Below, in pieces: positions 19,908 through 29,460 of a stretch of 64,000 bases of DNA (positions are counted from its first letter, which is position 1; every line of letters begins with the position of its first letter). The notes beneath the pieces are model-generated. The model saw only the letters and a list, made by a program, of their open reading frames with translations. It was not told where the DNA came from and ran no database searches. The stretch is taken from NCBI GenBank assembly GCA_019894715.1, contig JAGXOA010000259.1, forward strand, positions 225 to 64,224. Reading direction: 5' to 3'. This DNA is from Promethearchaeota archaeon (GTDB lineage: Archaea > Asgardarchaeota > Lokiarchaeia > Sigyniarchaeales > SOKP01). The position numbers and the translations under genes are program-made.

Positions 19908-21113
19908 ATGGTTGTAGAGTATAAGAGTCTAATAACATATCAAGATTTATTCTCAGATTCAACTAATCATTTTTTAAGACCTTTTCAAAAAGTTGTGGAA
20001 CAAGGTATATCTGAAGGTTTAAGTCTGGATTTCGAAATAATTGACAGAAATCGAAATAAAAATATAAATCCAATTATAGAATTTGCCACAATTAATGATG
20101 CAAAAGCAATTGTAGATATATACTTAGATATCTATGAAAGCACATATCCTTATAAAGAAATGGAAAGTATCTCAGAAGTCAGAAAGATGATCCAAGACCC
20201 AAATTATCGTTGGTTATTATTTAAATCCCCTATGAATAACAAAGTACTTGGATGTTTTACATATCATCTAGACTTTAAAAATAAAAGAGGATATATGCGA
20301 GGATTTAATATATCACCACAATATCAGAGAAAAGTTGATGCTATGAAAGCTTTAATTGGAAGTATGATTAAAATTTGGAGTGAATTAAAAGATAAGATAC
20401 TAATATGGTATAGTGAAAATCGAACTGCTCATACAAGCTCGCAATATTTAGCAAATATGTGTGGGATTAAGCCAATTGCTTTTTTACCAAATAAAGATGT
20501 ATTTTTTAATAAAGTTGAGTCAGATGTAATGCAAATTGCTTATGATTTAAAAGCATTAAGTCTGAGAAGAAATGATATTATCCCTAAAATAATTCCAGAA
20601 GTAATTAATTGCTTTAATTATTCAAATAATCGCTATAAATTGGGAAAGATAAAGAAATATAAACCAAAACTAGGATTAGATTTTCAAGAAGTAAAGAGAT
20701 TAAAGAAAAATATAGCTATTTCTGTCCAGAAAACCGAATTTGATTATTATAATATATATATTTCTTTTAAAGATGTAGACAATTATCTAAAATTCCTCTA
20801 TACACCACGAGTCAACAATATAGAGAAAGTGCAGTATAAAATTAATTCATCAGAAGAATTATATGCCCTTCTATGGATGTTTAAACAATTTATATCGCAA
20901 ATGAATATAAGATATTGTGAAGTATTCATTTCTGCTTATAAACCTTTACACCAACAATTATTCTATAATTTTGGATTAAAACCAAGAGGTTATATCCCAT
21001 GTTGGCAATATGATCCAGATAAAAATATTTTTGAAGATTCTATTTTATTTAATTGGTATTATGGAAAATTAAATGATATGATTTTAATAGACGAAGCCAA
21101 AATGTTAATTTAA
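19908..21113 (+). CDS. hypothetical protein, possible GNAT-fold acyltransferase
   Basis: The segment IEFATINDAKAIVDIY...WLLFKSPMNNKVLGCFTYHLDFKNKRGYMRGFNISPQYQRK resembles GNAT beta4-alphaC topology. Weak call. Confidence 0.35.
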   Translation: MVVEYKSLITYQDLFSDSTNHFLRPFQKVVEQGISEGLSLDFEIIDRNRNKNINPIIEFATINDAKAIVDIYLDIYESTYPYKEMESISEVRKMIQDPNYRWLLFKSPMNNKVLGCFTYHLDFKNKRGYMRGFNISPQYQRKVDAMKALIGSMIKIWSELKDKILIWYSENRTAHTSSQYLANMCGIKPIAFLPNKDVFFNKVESDVMQIAYDLKALSLRRNDIIPKIIPEVINCFNYSNNRYKLGKIKKYKPKLGLDFQEVKRLKKNIAISVQKTEFDYYNIYISFKDVDNYLKFLYTPRVNNIEKVQYKINSSEELYALLWMFKQFISQMNIRYCEVFISAYKPLHQQLFYNFGLKPRGYIPCWQYDPDKNIFEDSILFNWYYGKLNDMILIDEAKMLI

Positions 21114-21372
21114 TAAATGGGATACAGATCTATTATCATTCTAATAAGATTAAAAATATTTTTCATTTTTTTTTAATTTAGTAATCCTTTGGAAAATTAC
21201 ATCAAATTAAAAGAATTTATGTTAAGGAAAATAAATTTATGAACATTCCACATGAATTGGTTAAGATTGGTTTTTTAGAAAAAATAAATTTTTAAAAATT
21301 AAAGAAAAAAAGAAGAATATAATATGATTTATTAATAAAAAAAGGTTTTTGGTTAACCTATCTATTATAGAG

Positions 21373-22632
21373 TTATACTCGGTAAATATTAACTACACAA
21401 GTACCGCCACTCCCACCAAGATTATGAGTAAGGGCTATTTCTGGTTTTTCTTTTACTTGCCTATTTCTCTCAGCTATACCACGTAATTGTTTAAATATTT
21501 CTACAGCATGAGCGGCCCCAGTAGCACCAACAGGATGGCCTTTTGCCTTTAACCCTCCAGAAGTATTAATAGGTAAGCTTCCATCTCTTTTAGAATCACC
21601 ATTTCTTATAGCTTCGGTAGCCTTTCCTTTTTCATAAAACCCTAGGTCTTCCATTGCGAGTATTTCAGCAATAGTGAAACAATCATGAACTTCTGCGATT
21701 TGTATATCTTTTGGTCCTAATCCTGCCATTTGATAAGCTTGTTTGGCAGCTTCTTTAGTTGCAGTAAATGTAGTAAGAATATCTCGATCATGTAAAGATA
21801 ACGCCGCACTACCTTGACCAGTACCTTCGATCCAAACGGGAGTGTCAGTATATTTTTTAGCCACATCTTCTGCTGCCAAGAATAAGCATGCTGCTCCATC
21901 AGTTACCAAAGAGCAATCAAATAACCGTAATGGATAGGCAATCATCATATTAGATGAGCTTTTAAGAAAGTCAAATTCATCTTTCCAATCAGGTACATCC
22001 ATACCTCTTTCTGCACATTTTTTTTTTTTACTTTCCATTAATTGTTTAATAGATTTTTGCATTTGAGCATATGGATTTTCAACACCATTTTCATGATTTT
22101 TAATTGCTACTCTCATTAGGTCCTCTTCAGTTGTACCAAATTCTTTAAAATGAGCTGAAGCGACGGTTGCATATAACCCAGGAAATGTAGCTCCTGCAGG
22201 ATATTCAAATAGAGCATCAGAGGCAGCGGCTAAAGCATCAGTTACTTTCACAGTAGGTTGTTCAGTCATACATTCTACTCCCGCAACTGCAATAACATCA
22301 TGAGCACCAGAAGCAATAGCGAGAATAGCTTGTCTTAAAGCGATACCACTACTTGCGCAAGCACCTTCAAATCTAGAAGCAGGTTTAGGACATAAACCTA
22401 CTAAATCAGCTATTTGTGGCCCTAAATGGCCTTGGTGATTAAATAAGTCTGAAGTAAAATTTCCAACATAACATGCATCAACATCTTTTGGTCCAATACC
22501 ATTATCAGTCTTTTGGACAGCATCTAACCAAGCATCAACCCATAGATCGGGATTCCTTTTCTTAGGATAATGGACTCCAAATTTGGACATTCCCGCACCG
22601 ACTATAGCGACTTTTCTTGCTAATTTTCCCAT
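21373..22632 (-). CDS. thiolase (acetyl-CoA C-acetyltransferase, archaeal SCP-x-like type)
   Basis: Active-site Cys region FEGACASSGIALRQA. C-terminal GHPVGATGAAH and NLGGSGGTCVVNIY. Confidence 0.9.
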   Translation of the reverse strand: MGKLARKVAIVGAGMSKFGVHYPKKRNPDLWVDAWLDAVQKTDNGIGPKDVDACYVGNFTSDLFNHQGHLGPQIADLVGLCPKPASRFEGACASSGIALRQAILAIASGAHDVIAVAGVECMTEQPTVKVTDALAAASDALFEYPAGATFPGLYATVASAHFKEFGTTEEDLMRVAIKNHENGVENPYAQMQKSIKQLMESKKKKCAERGMDVPDWKDEFDFLKSSSNMMIAYPLRLFDCSLVTDGAACLFLAAEDVAKKYTDTPVWIEGTGQGSAALSLHDRDILTTFTATKEAAKQAYQMAGLGPKDIQIAEVHDCFTIAEILAMEDLGFYEKGKATEAIRNGDSKRDGSLPINTSGGLKAKGHPVGATGAAHAVEIFKQLRGIAERNRQVKEKPEIALTHNLGGSGGTCVVNIYRV

Positions 22633-22835
22633 CTTTATTCACATTAATTGACAAATATAAATTAAAATTTAATCTTATGAATAGAAATACAGAAAATAAT
22701 AAATATTTTCCAAATTTAGAATATTTTCGAATTTAAATTTAATGTTATAAAAAATAATTTATCCATTCATGTTGCATAATAATTGAAAAACTAGTAAAAA
22801 AAAATATTTAATTATTTCGATATAATAGGAAAAAC

Positions 22836-23738
22836 TTACATCTTTCTTTTGAAATTACATGCAATACAATCCTCTCCAGAAACAAGGGTTAATTCTGCTT
22901 TATGTAATCTAGATCTTTTATGAATGAATTTTATTAAAAAGGGTAATATTCGTTCATATAAAACTAAAAAAGGAATAATTAATGCTATACCTAAAAATGG
23001 CAAGAGCAATATAAACAAAACTACATATATTTTAGTTTGTTGAGCAATAACATCTATTATTATAGTAAGAATATTAATGATAAAAGCAATACTAGAAAAG
23101 CCTTTAAATATATTAAAGTATACTCTACTAATTGGTTCAACAATCTCAGGAATTCTATAAGTTAATACTCTGTCTGGTATTGTTTTACTCATTACACCTG
23201 AATCATATAATAACCATATTGGTACTAATAAAAGAATTATTATGAAATATGAGAAAAATGCTCCATTGTAGAGAGCTAGAATGTTTTTTAAATCTTCTGG
23301 AAAGTCCCCAGGAACCCATGCACTTATACTTGTAAGATTAATAACGACAATTTGAGAAACTGCACAAATTAATAAACCAGGTAGATAAATCCGTTTTAAT
23401 ATATCCTTAAGAGTAAATTTTCCCATTTGAACTCTCATATCCAAATAAAAATCTTTTTTATTTCTAAAAATTCTCTTGTAGATTTTATAATATCCTAAAG
23501 CGACAATTGGAGTGAAAAAAAGCAAAGAAAATCCAATTAAAGGAAATAGCACAAATAGAACAATAATATCAGACAAGCTAGAACCTGGAATAAATGGGAT
23601 AAGTTCATTTGAATTTGTTAAAACAACAATTATATAAATTATGTATGTAGAGATAATTAAAAAAGCAAAAGGTAGATTTATGATATATGATTTAGTGGCT
23701 GTATTGTATCTAATTTCTTTATTTTCAATTTCTTTCAT
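22836..23738 (-). CDS. polytopic membrane protein, function unknown
   Basis: About 7 hydrophobic helices. C-terminal SGEDCIACNF. Confidence 0.45.
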   Translation of the reverse strand: MKEIENKEIRYNTATKSYIINLPFAFLIISTYIIYIIVVLTNSNELIPFIPGSSLSDIIVLFVLFPLIGFSLLFFTPIVALGYYKIYKRIFRNKKDFYLDMRVQMGKFTLKDILKRIYLPGLLICAVSQIVVINLTSISAWVPGDFPEDLKNILALYNGAFFSYFIIILLLVPIWLLYDSGVMSKTIPDRVLTYRIPEIVEPISRVYFNIFKGFSSIAFIINILTIIIDVIAQQTKIYVVLFILLLPFLGIALIIPFLVLYERILPFLIKFIHKRSRLHKAELTLVSGEDCIACNFKRKM

Positions 23739-23898
23739 TTTTTATGATATGAAGACTATGTAATTAATTATATTTTGTATTATTAGTATTAATTAATAAT
23801 TTTCTAATTCTAAAATAAAGTTAGGGATTATAAAATATTCAATCTTAATTCTTAAAAATATCCACTATGAATAATATGGATTACTAAAAAATCTCGTT

Positions 23899-23929
23899 AT
23901 TCTAAATCTCTTTTTTACAGATTTAGAAT
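23899..23929. promoter_or_regulatory. perfect 11-bp inverted repeat ATTCTAAATCT-N9-AGATTTAGAAT in a divergent intergenic region
   Basis: Read directly. Lies between divergent genes 23738(-) and 24164(+). Candidate operator or hairpin. Confidence 0.3.
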
Positions 23930-24163
23930 CACAATCTGGAAACCTTAAATGGTGATGGATATTTAATAATAACCTCCTAAAATAAAATTTACGATAACAT
24001 CGTTCGCATTTATAAAATGGAGTTATGTCAAACAATAAGTAATTGAATAATATTTAAAAATCCTTTGAAAATTGGTTAATAGAACAGTATGATTGATAAA
24101 AAATTAATTTTGATAGATATCTAAAATCATCAATTTTTTATCTATTTTAATATTGTTATATTT

Positions 24164-24604
24164 ATGAGTAAACCTCAATATGATTTAGTTAAATGGGAAA
24201 ATTATAAAGTAGGAGACTCCGCTTTTCATACAAAAACTGTTACTGAAACAGATGTCATTTTATTTGCAGGGATAACAGGAGACTTTAATCCATTACATAT
24301 GGATGATGAATTTGCAAAGACACAAATGTTCAAGAAGCGAGTAGTTCATGGTGTTTTTAGTATTGGATTAATTTCAGCAGTTTTAGGGGCAAAATTATTT
24401 GGACCTGGTATTTTATATGGTTCCCAAAATGTACAGTTTAAAAAACCAGTATATATTGGAGATACACTTACCGCAGTTGCTACTGTTAAGGAAAAATATA
24501 CAAAAAAAGATGGTGCACTAAAGTTTCTTAAAATCGACACTAAAGTGTATAATCAAGACGATAAAGTAGTTACTGATGGAGAAGCAGAGATTATTTTCAT
24601 GTAA
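24164..24604 (+). CDS. MaoC-like (R)-specific enoyl-CoA hydratase
   Basis: Hot-dog hydratase motif FAGITGDFNPLHMDDEFAK...VVHG. Confidence 0.85.
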   Translation: MSKPQYDLVKWENYKVGDSAFHTKTVTETDVILFAGITGDFNPLHMDDEFAKTQMFKKRVVHGVFSIGLISAVLGAKLFGPGILYGSQNVQFKKPVYIGDTLTAVATVKEKYTKKDGALKFLKIDTKVYNQDDKVVTDGEAEIIFM

Positions 24605-24692
24605 ATAAGAATCTAGAAATTTTATTTATTGAAAATTTATTTTTTATATTTATTTTCTTGTTATTTATTTAGTTATAGGACATATCGTAGTT

Positions 24693-24737
24693 TTGAACTA
24701 CCACTACCTAAAGGATGTGGCTTTCTGCTTTGATATT
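24693..24737 (-). mobile_element. 45-bp single-hairpin IS200/IS605-derived mini-element
   Basis: In element orientation it reads TTAC|AATATCAAAGCAGAAAGCCACATCCTTTAGGTAGTGGTAGTTCAA|. The left part equals the left end of the 51293 element and the right part equals the right-end terminus. Confidence 0.7.
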
Positions 24738-24785
24738 GTAAAAAAAAGAAGTACAAAAAGAAAGATAAATAGATAATAAAAAAAA

Positions 24786-24992
24786 TTAGAAATCTGTTGA
24801 TTTTTTTTTCCTTAATCTAAAAAACAAGAATACAATATTGATTAAGATAAGAATTATGATCACAGTAATTTGAAAGGGAAGTTTATCCGCAATAACTGAA
24901 ATTCCTGACATAGTTAATAGAAGGTTTGATGTCATGTCTCTTATGAATTCACTCTGCTCCATAGAAGATTCTAATTTATCATCAATACTCAA
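24786..24992 (-). CDS. hypothetical 68-aa tail-anchored membrane protein (start lies in IS-derived sequence)
   Basis: Track ORF with a TTG start. The first about 7 codons (SIDDKLE) fall in sequence shared with the MITE-like copies at 48560..48600 and 43470..43490. C-terminal TM ITVIIILILINIVFLFF followed by RLRKKK. Confidence 0.25.
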   Translation of the reverse strand: MSIDDKLESSMEQSEFIRDMTSNLLLTMSGISVIADKLPFQITVIIILILINIVFLFFRLRKKKSTDF

Positions 24993-25108
24993 AATAGAGT
25001 TTTTCCTCTATTTAAAAATCGGGTGTGATATCGATTAGTGATTTTTTTATCATTTTATAACAAAATTCATCCCATCCCTAAAGGAATGGGTTTTCTTTTG
25101 TTTATATG
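24971..25108 (-). mobile_element. left-end half of an IS200/IS605-type MITE (no matching right end)
   Basis: About 85-90% identical by eye to 43470..43597, including GTGTGATATC.ATTAGTGATTT and the LE hairpin CCCATCCC-TAAA-GGAATGGG (25071..25090). Similarity ends at CATAT next to TTAT. Confidence 0.7.
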
Positions 25109-25152
25109 ATAAATCATTTGATATCTATATATAATTTGATGTAATTGGTAAT

Positions 25153-25686
25153 TTAGTATTCTATACCATATCTTGCTAGAATTCCCTTATTAGAATAATA
25201 ATGTTTAACTTGTTTCATTTCAGTTACTAAATCTGCTATTTCAGATAGTTTAGGATGGATTTTTTGACCACCAGTAAGAACAAGTTCTATTTTTTCTGGT
25301 TTTTTTTTAATAAGTTTTAATGCATCATCAATATTAATAACACCCATTTCTATAGCAACACCAATTTCATCTAATATAATGATGTCATACTCTTTACTAA
25401 TAATTATTTTTTCCGCAAATTCTATTGCTTTTCTTCCTTCCTCTAGATCTATTTCTCTTGGTTGTTCTATTAGGTCCTTTGTTCCAAATTGCTTAACTTC
25501 AAAATAAGGATTATTTTTTATAGCTTCTATTTCACCATATTTGGTATTTCCTTTCATGAATTGAATCAGATATACTTTAAATCCATGTCCTGTTGCTCTG
25601 AAGCCTTGACCAAGTGCAGCAGTCGTTTTTCCTTTACCTCTTCCAAAATATATTTGAATTAATCCTTGTTCTAATTTTCTTTTCAT
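25153..25686 (-). CDS. cobA: cob(I)yrinic acid a,c-diamide / cob(I)alamin adenosyltransferase (CobA/BtuR type)
   Basis: GLIQIYFGRGKGKTTAALGQGFRATGHGFKVYLIQFMKG P-loop signature and the typical 177-aa size. Confidence 0.85.
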   Translation of the reverse strand: MKRKLEQGLIQIYFGRGKGKTTAALGQGFRATGHGFKVYLIQFMKGNTKYGEIEAIKNNPYFEVKQFGTKDLIEQPREIDLEEGRKAIEFAEKIIISKEYDIIILDEIGVAIEMGVINIDDALKLIKKKPEKIELVLTGGQKIHPKLSEIADLVTEMKQVKHYYSNKGILARYGIEY

Positions 25687-25896
25687 TATAGTAATCCTTA
25701 AAATTATTTCATTTGATTATTTTTATAAGACTTTTCTTTGTTTATTTTAATTTTAAACAATAGATTATCCAGACTATTTATATTACAATATATGGTAATT
25801 ATTCATCAATTAAACAAAATTTTATCTATTCTTTAATTATTAGAAATATTAAATAGAAATTATTGATCATAGCATAAAAAATACTTAGGATTTCTA

Positions 25897-26757
25897 ATGT
25901 TACAAAGTAAACTTTTATCTTTAGAAGAAGCAATTTCAACATATATAGATGATGGTGATTTAGTTGGAATTGGAGGATTATCCTTTTGGAGAAAACCCAT
26001 AGCAGCATGTAGAGAAATTGTAAGACAAGGAAAAAAAAAACTTTCAATATGTACTTTTGTTGGTGGAATTGAAATTGATATGTTGATTGCTGCGGGATGT
26101 GTATCTGAAGTCAGATCTTCTTTTGTTGGTATGGAGGTCTTTGGAATGGCATCTAATTATCGAAAAGCAATCCAACAAGGAACAATAAAAGTATCTGAAG
26201 AGAGTGAAGCGTCAATAGCTTTAGGTCTAAAAGCATCTTATTTAAAAGTCCCTTTTATGCCTCTAAAAGGAATAATAGGAACAGATTTCAATAAAGTGAG
26301 AAAAGATATAAAACAATTCGATGATCCTCTAGGTTCAGGAACCCAATTAATGGCCCTTCCAAAAATAGATTTAGATGTAGCAATTTTACATGTTCCTTAT
26401 GCAGATGAATATGGAAATGGAAATATTACAGGAGCGGTCTGGCTTGATAGTGATATGGCTAAAACAGCAAAAAAAACAATTATTATATGTGAAAAAATTG
26501 TTGAGTTAGAAGATATGATTCATTTACCAGGAAAAGCTCAATTACCAATGCAAACAACTAAAGCACTTGTTAAAGTTCCATTTGGAGCACATCCAAGTTC
26601 TGTTTACCCTTTATATACATTTGATGCATTACACATTCAAAACTATATGAAAATGGATTTTCAAGATTATAAAAAGGATTTTATTAATTTAAATAACCAT
26701 GCTCAATATTTAGATAATGCTGGAGGATCTCAGATGATTTTAAATATTCTTCTTTAG
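25897..26757 (+). CDS. family I CoA-transferase, subunit A (glutaconate/3-oxoacid CoA-transferase-like)
   Basis: LSLEEAISTYIDDGDLVGIGG N-terminus and overall GctA/ScoA-like layout. Confidence 0.8.
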   Translation: MLQSKLLSLEEAISTYIDDGDLVGIGGLSFWRKPIAACREIVRQGKKKLSICTFVGGIEIDMLIAAGCVSEVRSSFVGMEVFGMASNYRKAIQQGTIKVSEESEASIALGLKASYLKVPFMPLKGIIGTDFNKVRKDIKQFDDPLGSGTQLMALPKIDLDVAILHVPYADEYGNGNITGAVWLDSDMAKTAKKTIIICEKIVELEDMIHLPGKAQLPMQTTKALVKVPFGAHPSSVYPLYTFDALHIQNYMKMDFQDYKKDFINLNNHAQYLDNAGGSQMILNILL

Positions 26758-27158
26758 TTAAGATCTAAAAGATATTTAAATTTCTTTATTTTGTTATATA
26801 ACAAATAAATTTTCGAATACTAATTATAAATTGTCAATTAAATAACATTATAATATTCAAACGCTTAAATTATCGTTGCATGAAATAATTTGAATAGAAT
26901 TCTCTTTACATAAGTTAATTTCTTCATATAAAATAGGTATTTGGTTATATAATAAAAAAAAAAAGTCAATTAAAAAGGTTTTTTAAATTTGATATTGCCA
27001 AATGGTAAAAGATTTCACAGATTAAAAAAATAGAATAAAAATTCATAAAGAGATAATATTCTCTAAAAAATCAAGAAAAATTTAGCAATTTACTTTTAAC
27101 TTGTTCATTATTTCTATAATTGTATAAATAAGTTATAATAAACAAAAATTATTAAATT

Positions 27159-28034
27159 ATGAAAGAAGATTCCAAAGGATATACAATAGACGAATTAATG
27201 GCAGTTTTGATGGCAAGAGAAGTGAATAATAATGATGTTATGATAGTTGGTGTTGCTACCCCAATGGTATGGTCGGCATTTACTTTAGCAAAACTTACTC
27301 ACGCTCCAAATGCTATATTTCACTACATTATGGGAAATACATTCGTTTTTGAACCACGACAAGTTTCATTATTATATCATGAAATGAATACTAAAAATGC
27401 ATATAGATTTCAAGATTCAGGGGAATGCACTCTAGAATCACTTCCATCAGATAGATTAACAACAATTGAGTTTTTTAGACCTGCTCAAATTGATCAATAT
27501 GGAAATACAAACAATATATGTATTGGAGATTGGAATAAACCAAAAATTAGATTACCGGGATGTGCGGGCATTGCTGATTTTTCAATGTTTTATTCTCGTG
27601 GAAGTTTTCTCTATACACCTAGACATGATAAAAAAAGGTTTGTACCGAAAGTAGATTTTATTTCTGGAGTAGGTTTTAAAGATGGAAAAAGATCTATATG
27701 TGGTGGACGTGGACCTCAATCAATTATCACAAATTTAGCTTACTTAGATTTTGAAGGAAAAAGTAAACGTATGAGATTGTCATCCTTACATCCAAATGTA
27801 GATATTGAAAAATTAAAAGAATCGACTGGCTTTGAATTAGTAATACCAAATAAAAAAAAAGAAACAAAACCTCCGACAGAAAAAGAATTAAAATTATTAA
27901 GAACAAAAGTGGATCCTTTAAGCATACGAAAATTAGAAGTACTTACAGGTAAAGAAAGAGAGGAATTACTTAGGGTTATAGTTAATGAAGAATTATCAAT
28001 GAAAAAAAGAATTCCTAATTTAATATCGCCCTAA
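27159..28034 (+). CDS. family I CoA-transferase, subunit B
   Basis: YTIDELMAVLMAREVNNNDVMIVGVATPM, then QIDQYGNTN and LPGCAGIADF, typical of the beta subunit. Confidence 0.8.
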   Translation: MKEDSKGYTIDELMAVLMAREVNNNDVMIVGVATPMVWSAFTLAKLTHAPNAIFHYIMGNTFVFEPRQVSLLYHEMNTKNAYRFQDSGECTLESLPSDRLTTIEFFRPAQIDQYGNTNNICIGDWNKPKIRLPGCAGIADFSMFYSRGSFLYTPRHDKKRFVPKVDFISGVGFKDGKRSICGGRGPQSIITNLAYLDFEGKSKRMRLSSLHPNVDIEKLKESTGFELVIPNKKKETKPPTEKELKLLRTKVDPLSIRKLEVLTGKEREELLRVIVNEELSMKKRIPNLISP

Positions 28035-28041
28035 TCAGAAT

Positions 28042-29016
28042 TTAATCTTTTTTAATTTTTAGATGGATATGATTAAATAAATCATTTAGTTCTTGATATA
28101 TTTCAAATTTATTGTCTATTAGTTTTGTAGCAATATTATCTAACTCATCTACATTAATTATTTTATCCAAAATAATATTTTCGATTGTATCAACCAAAGA
28201 TTCTCGAATTTTATACATATAACGTTTTTTCTTTTTGTCTTTCAAAAGTTCAGAACGTTCAAGATACTCTTTATGTTCCAATATTTTCTCGACTAAATCT
28301 TCAATGCCATCACCTTTAACGGAATTTGTCATTAAAACCGGAGGTCTCCAACCAGTTTGAGAATTGGTTGTATCATCTAACATTAGTTCGATTTGTACAG
28401 CGATATCTTCTCCACCTAAATCTTTTTTATTTACATCATATATGTCTCCAATTTCAATTATTCCTGCTTTTTGAATCTGAATAGCATCTCCCATATTTGG
28501 AACCTGAATGACAATTGTTGTATAGACTAAATTATAGATATCAAGTTCTGCTTGTCCAACACCAACTGTTTCAATAATAATTATATCAATTCCAAAAGCT
28601 TCATATAAAAGGGTGATATCAAATACGGCCCTTGATATACCTCCTCCATGACCTCGTGAAGCCATACTTCTTATAAAAACATTTGGATGACAGGATACTT
28701 TACTCATTCTAATACGATCACCTAAGAAAGCACCTCCACTAAAGGGTGAAGTTGGATCAATAGATATGATTCCAATTCCTTTACCTCTTTCTGCTAATAA
28801 TTTTGCTACTTGTCCAGTTAATGTACTTTTTCCAGCACCAGGAGAACCCGTAATCCCTATGATATAAGATTCATTATCTAAGTTATTAAAATGTTTAAAA
28901 ATTTCAGACGCCAATGAGGGATCATTTTCAATAAGAGTTATAAGCCTAGAGAGAGCAATTTTATCTTTTTCTTTGAATCTTTTACATAGTTGCTCAATAT
29001 CATAATTTACATTCAA
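28042..29016 (-). CDS. meaB: MeaB/ArgK-type G-protein chaperone of B12-dependent mutases
   Basis: P-loop GITGSPGAGKSTL, ETVGVGQ, NKKD (NKxD). TTG start with GGTG 8 nt upstream. Confidence 0.9.
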   Translation of the reverse strand: MNVNYDIEQLCKRFKEKDKIALSRLITLIENDPSLASEIFKHFNNLDNESYIIGITGSPGAGKSTLTGQVAKLLAERGKGIGIISIDPTSPFSGGAFLGDRIRMSKVSCHPNVFIRSMASRGHGGGISRAVFDITLLYEAFGIDIIIIETVGVGQAELDIYNLVYTTIVIQVPNMGDAIQIQKAGIIEIGDIYDVNKKDLGGEDIAVQIELMLDDTTNSQTGWRPPVLMTNSVKGDGIEDLVEKILEHKEYLERSELLKDKKKKRYMYKIRESLVDTIENIILDKIINVDELDNIATKLIDNKFEIYQELNDLFNHIHLKIKKD

Positions 29017-29163
29017 GGTGTTAACACCGTTTAAAAATCTCTATATTCTTCAGTAAATATTGAAAAAATTTAAATCAAGAGATAGTCCTAATCTAATAAT
29101 AAAAGAAATGGAAGATTTAATAATTATTTTATGAAAACATATTTTAATAGATATCATTATTAA

Positions 29164-29330
29164 GTGACCTACACACGGCCTAAAGGCCGTGGCTTCCTAC
29201 GAGTGCACAATCGCTTCTAGTATGGATTGGTCTGTATGTCGTAGAAAACCATCCTAATGCTTTTGGAATGATTCCTCGTTCACAGAGGATTTATGCGATA
29301 GGAAATCAAAGGTATCCTTTATATCAAGGA
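29164..29330 (-). ncRNA. putative omega-RNA (reRNA) scaffold relic of the deleted TnpB element
   Basis: Position (last part of tnpB plus the sequence up to the RE hairpin) corresponds to where TnpB guide-RNA scaffolds are encoded. Locally much more GC-rich than the surroundings. Expression unknown. Confidence 0.35.
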
Positions 29331-29460
29331 AATATACCATAATATTAATCGCTGAATTAAGATCTCGATCAATATGACTTCCACAGTCATAATTAATAAT
29401 TCTCTCGAAAATTGGTCTTTTTTTAGCCTTTCCACATTTACAACAGACTTGCGTTGTCTT
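29254..29460 (-). pseudogene. tnpB: tnpB (IS605 OrfB) C-terminal remnant, 68 codons, no start
   Basis: Translated by eye as KTTQVCCKCGKAKKRPIFERIINYDCGSHIDRDLNSAINIMVYF..., i.e. the TSQxCxxCG zinc-finger and DRDxNAAxNI RuvC-III motifs of TnpB. Confidence 0.75.

Noticed and set aside
22018-22029. Long homopolymers inside coding regions (T12 in the thiolase gene at 22018..22029, A10 in CoA-transferase A at 26031..26040, an A-run in the S3Ae tail at 48335..48348) as possible phase-variation or frameshift sites.
   Set aside because: All are in frame and encode Lys runs in surface or tail regions. This is consistent with AT-rich codon usage rather than programmed slippage.
29017-29028. Perfect 12-bp palindrome GGTGTTAACACC immediately upstream of the meaB TTG start.
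   Set aside because: The GGTG is most simply the Shine-Dalgarno motif. There is a single occurrence and no second half-site context.
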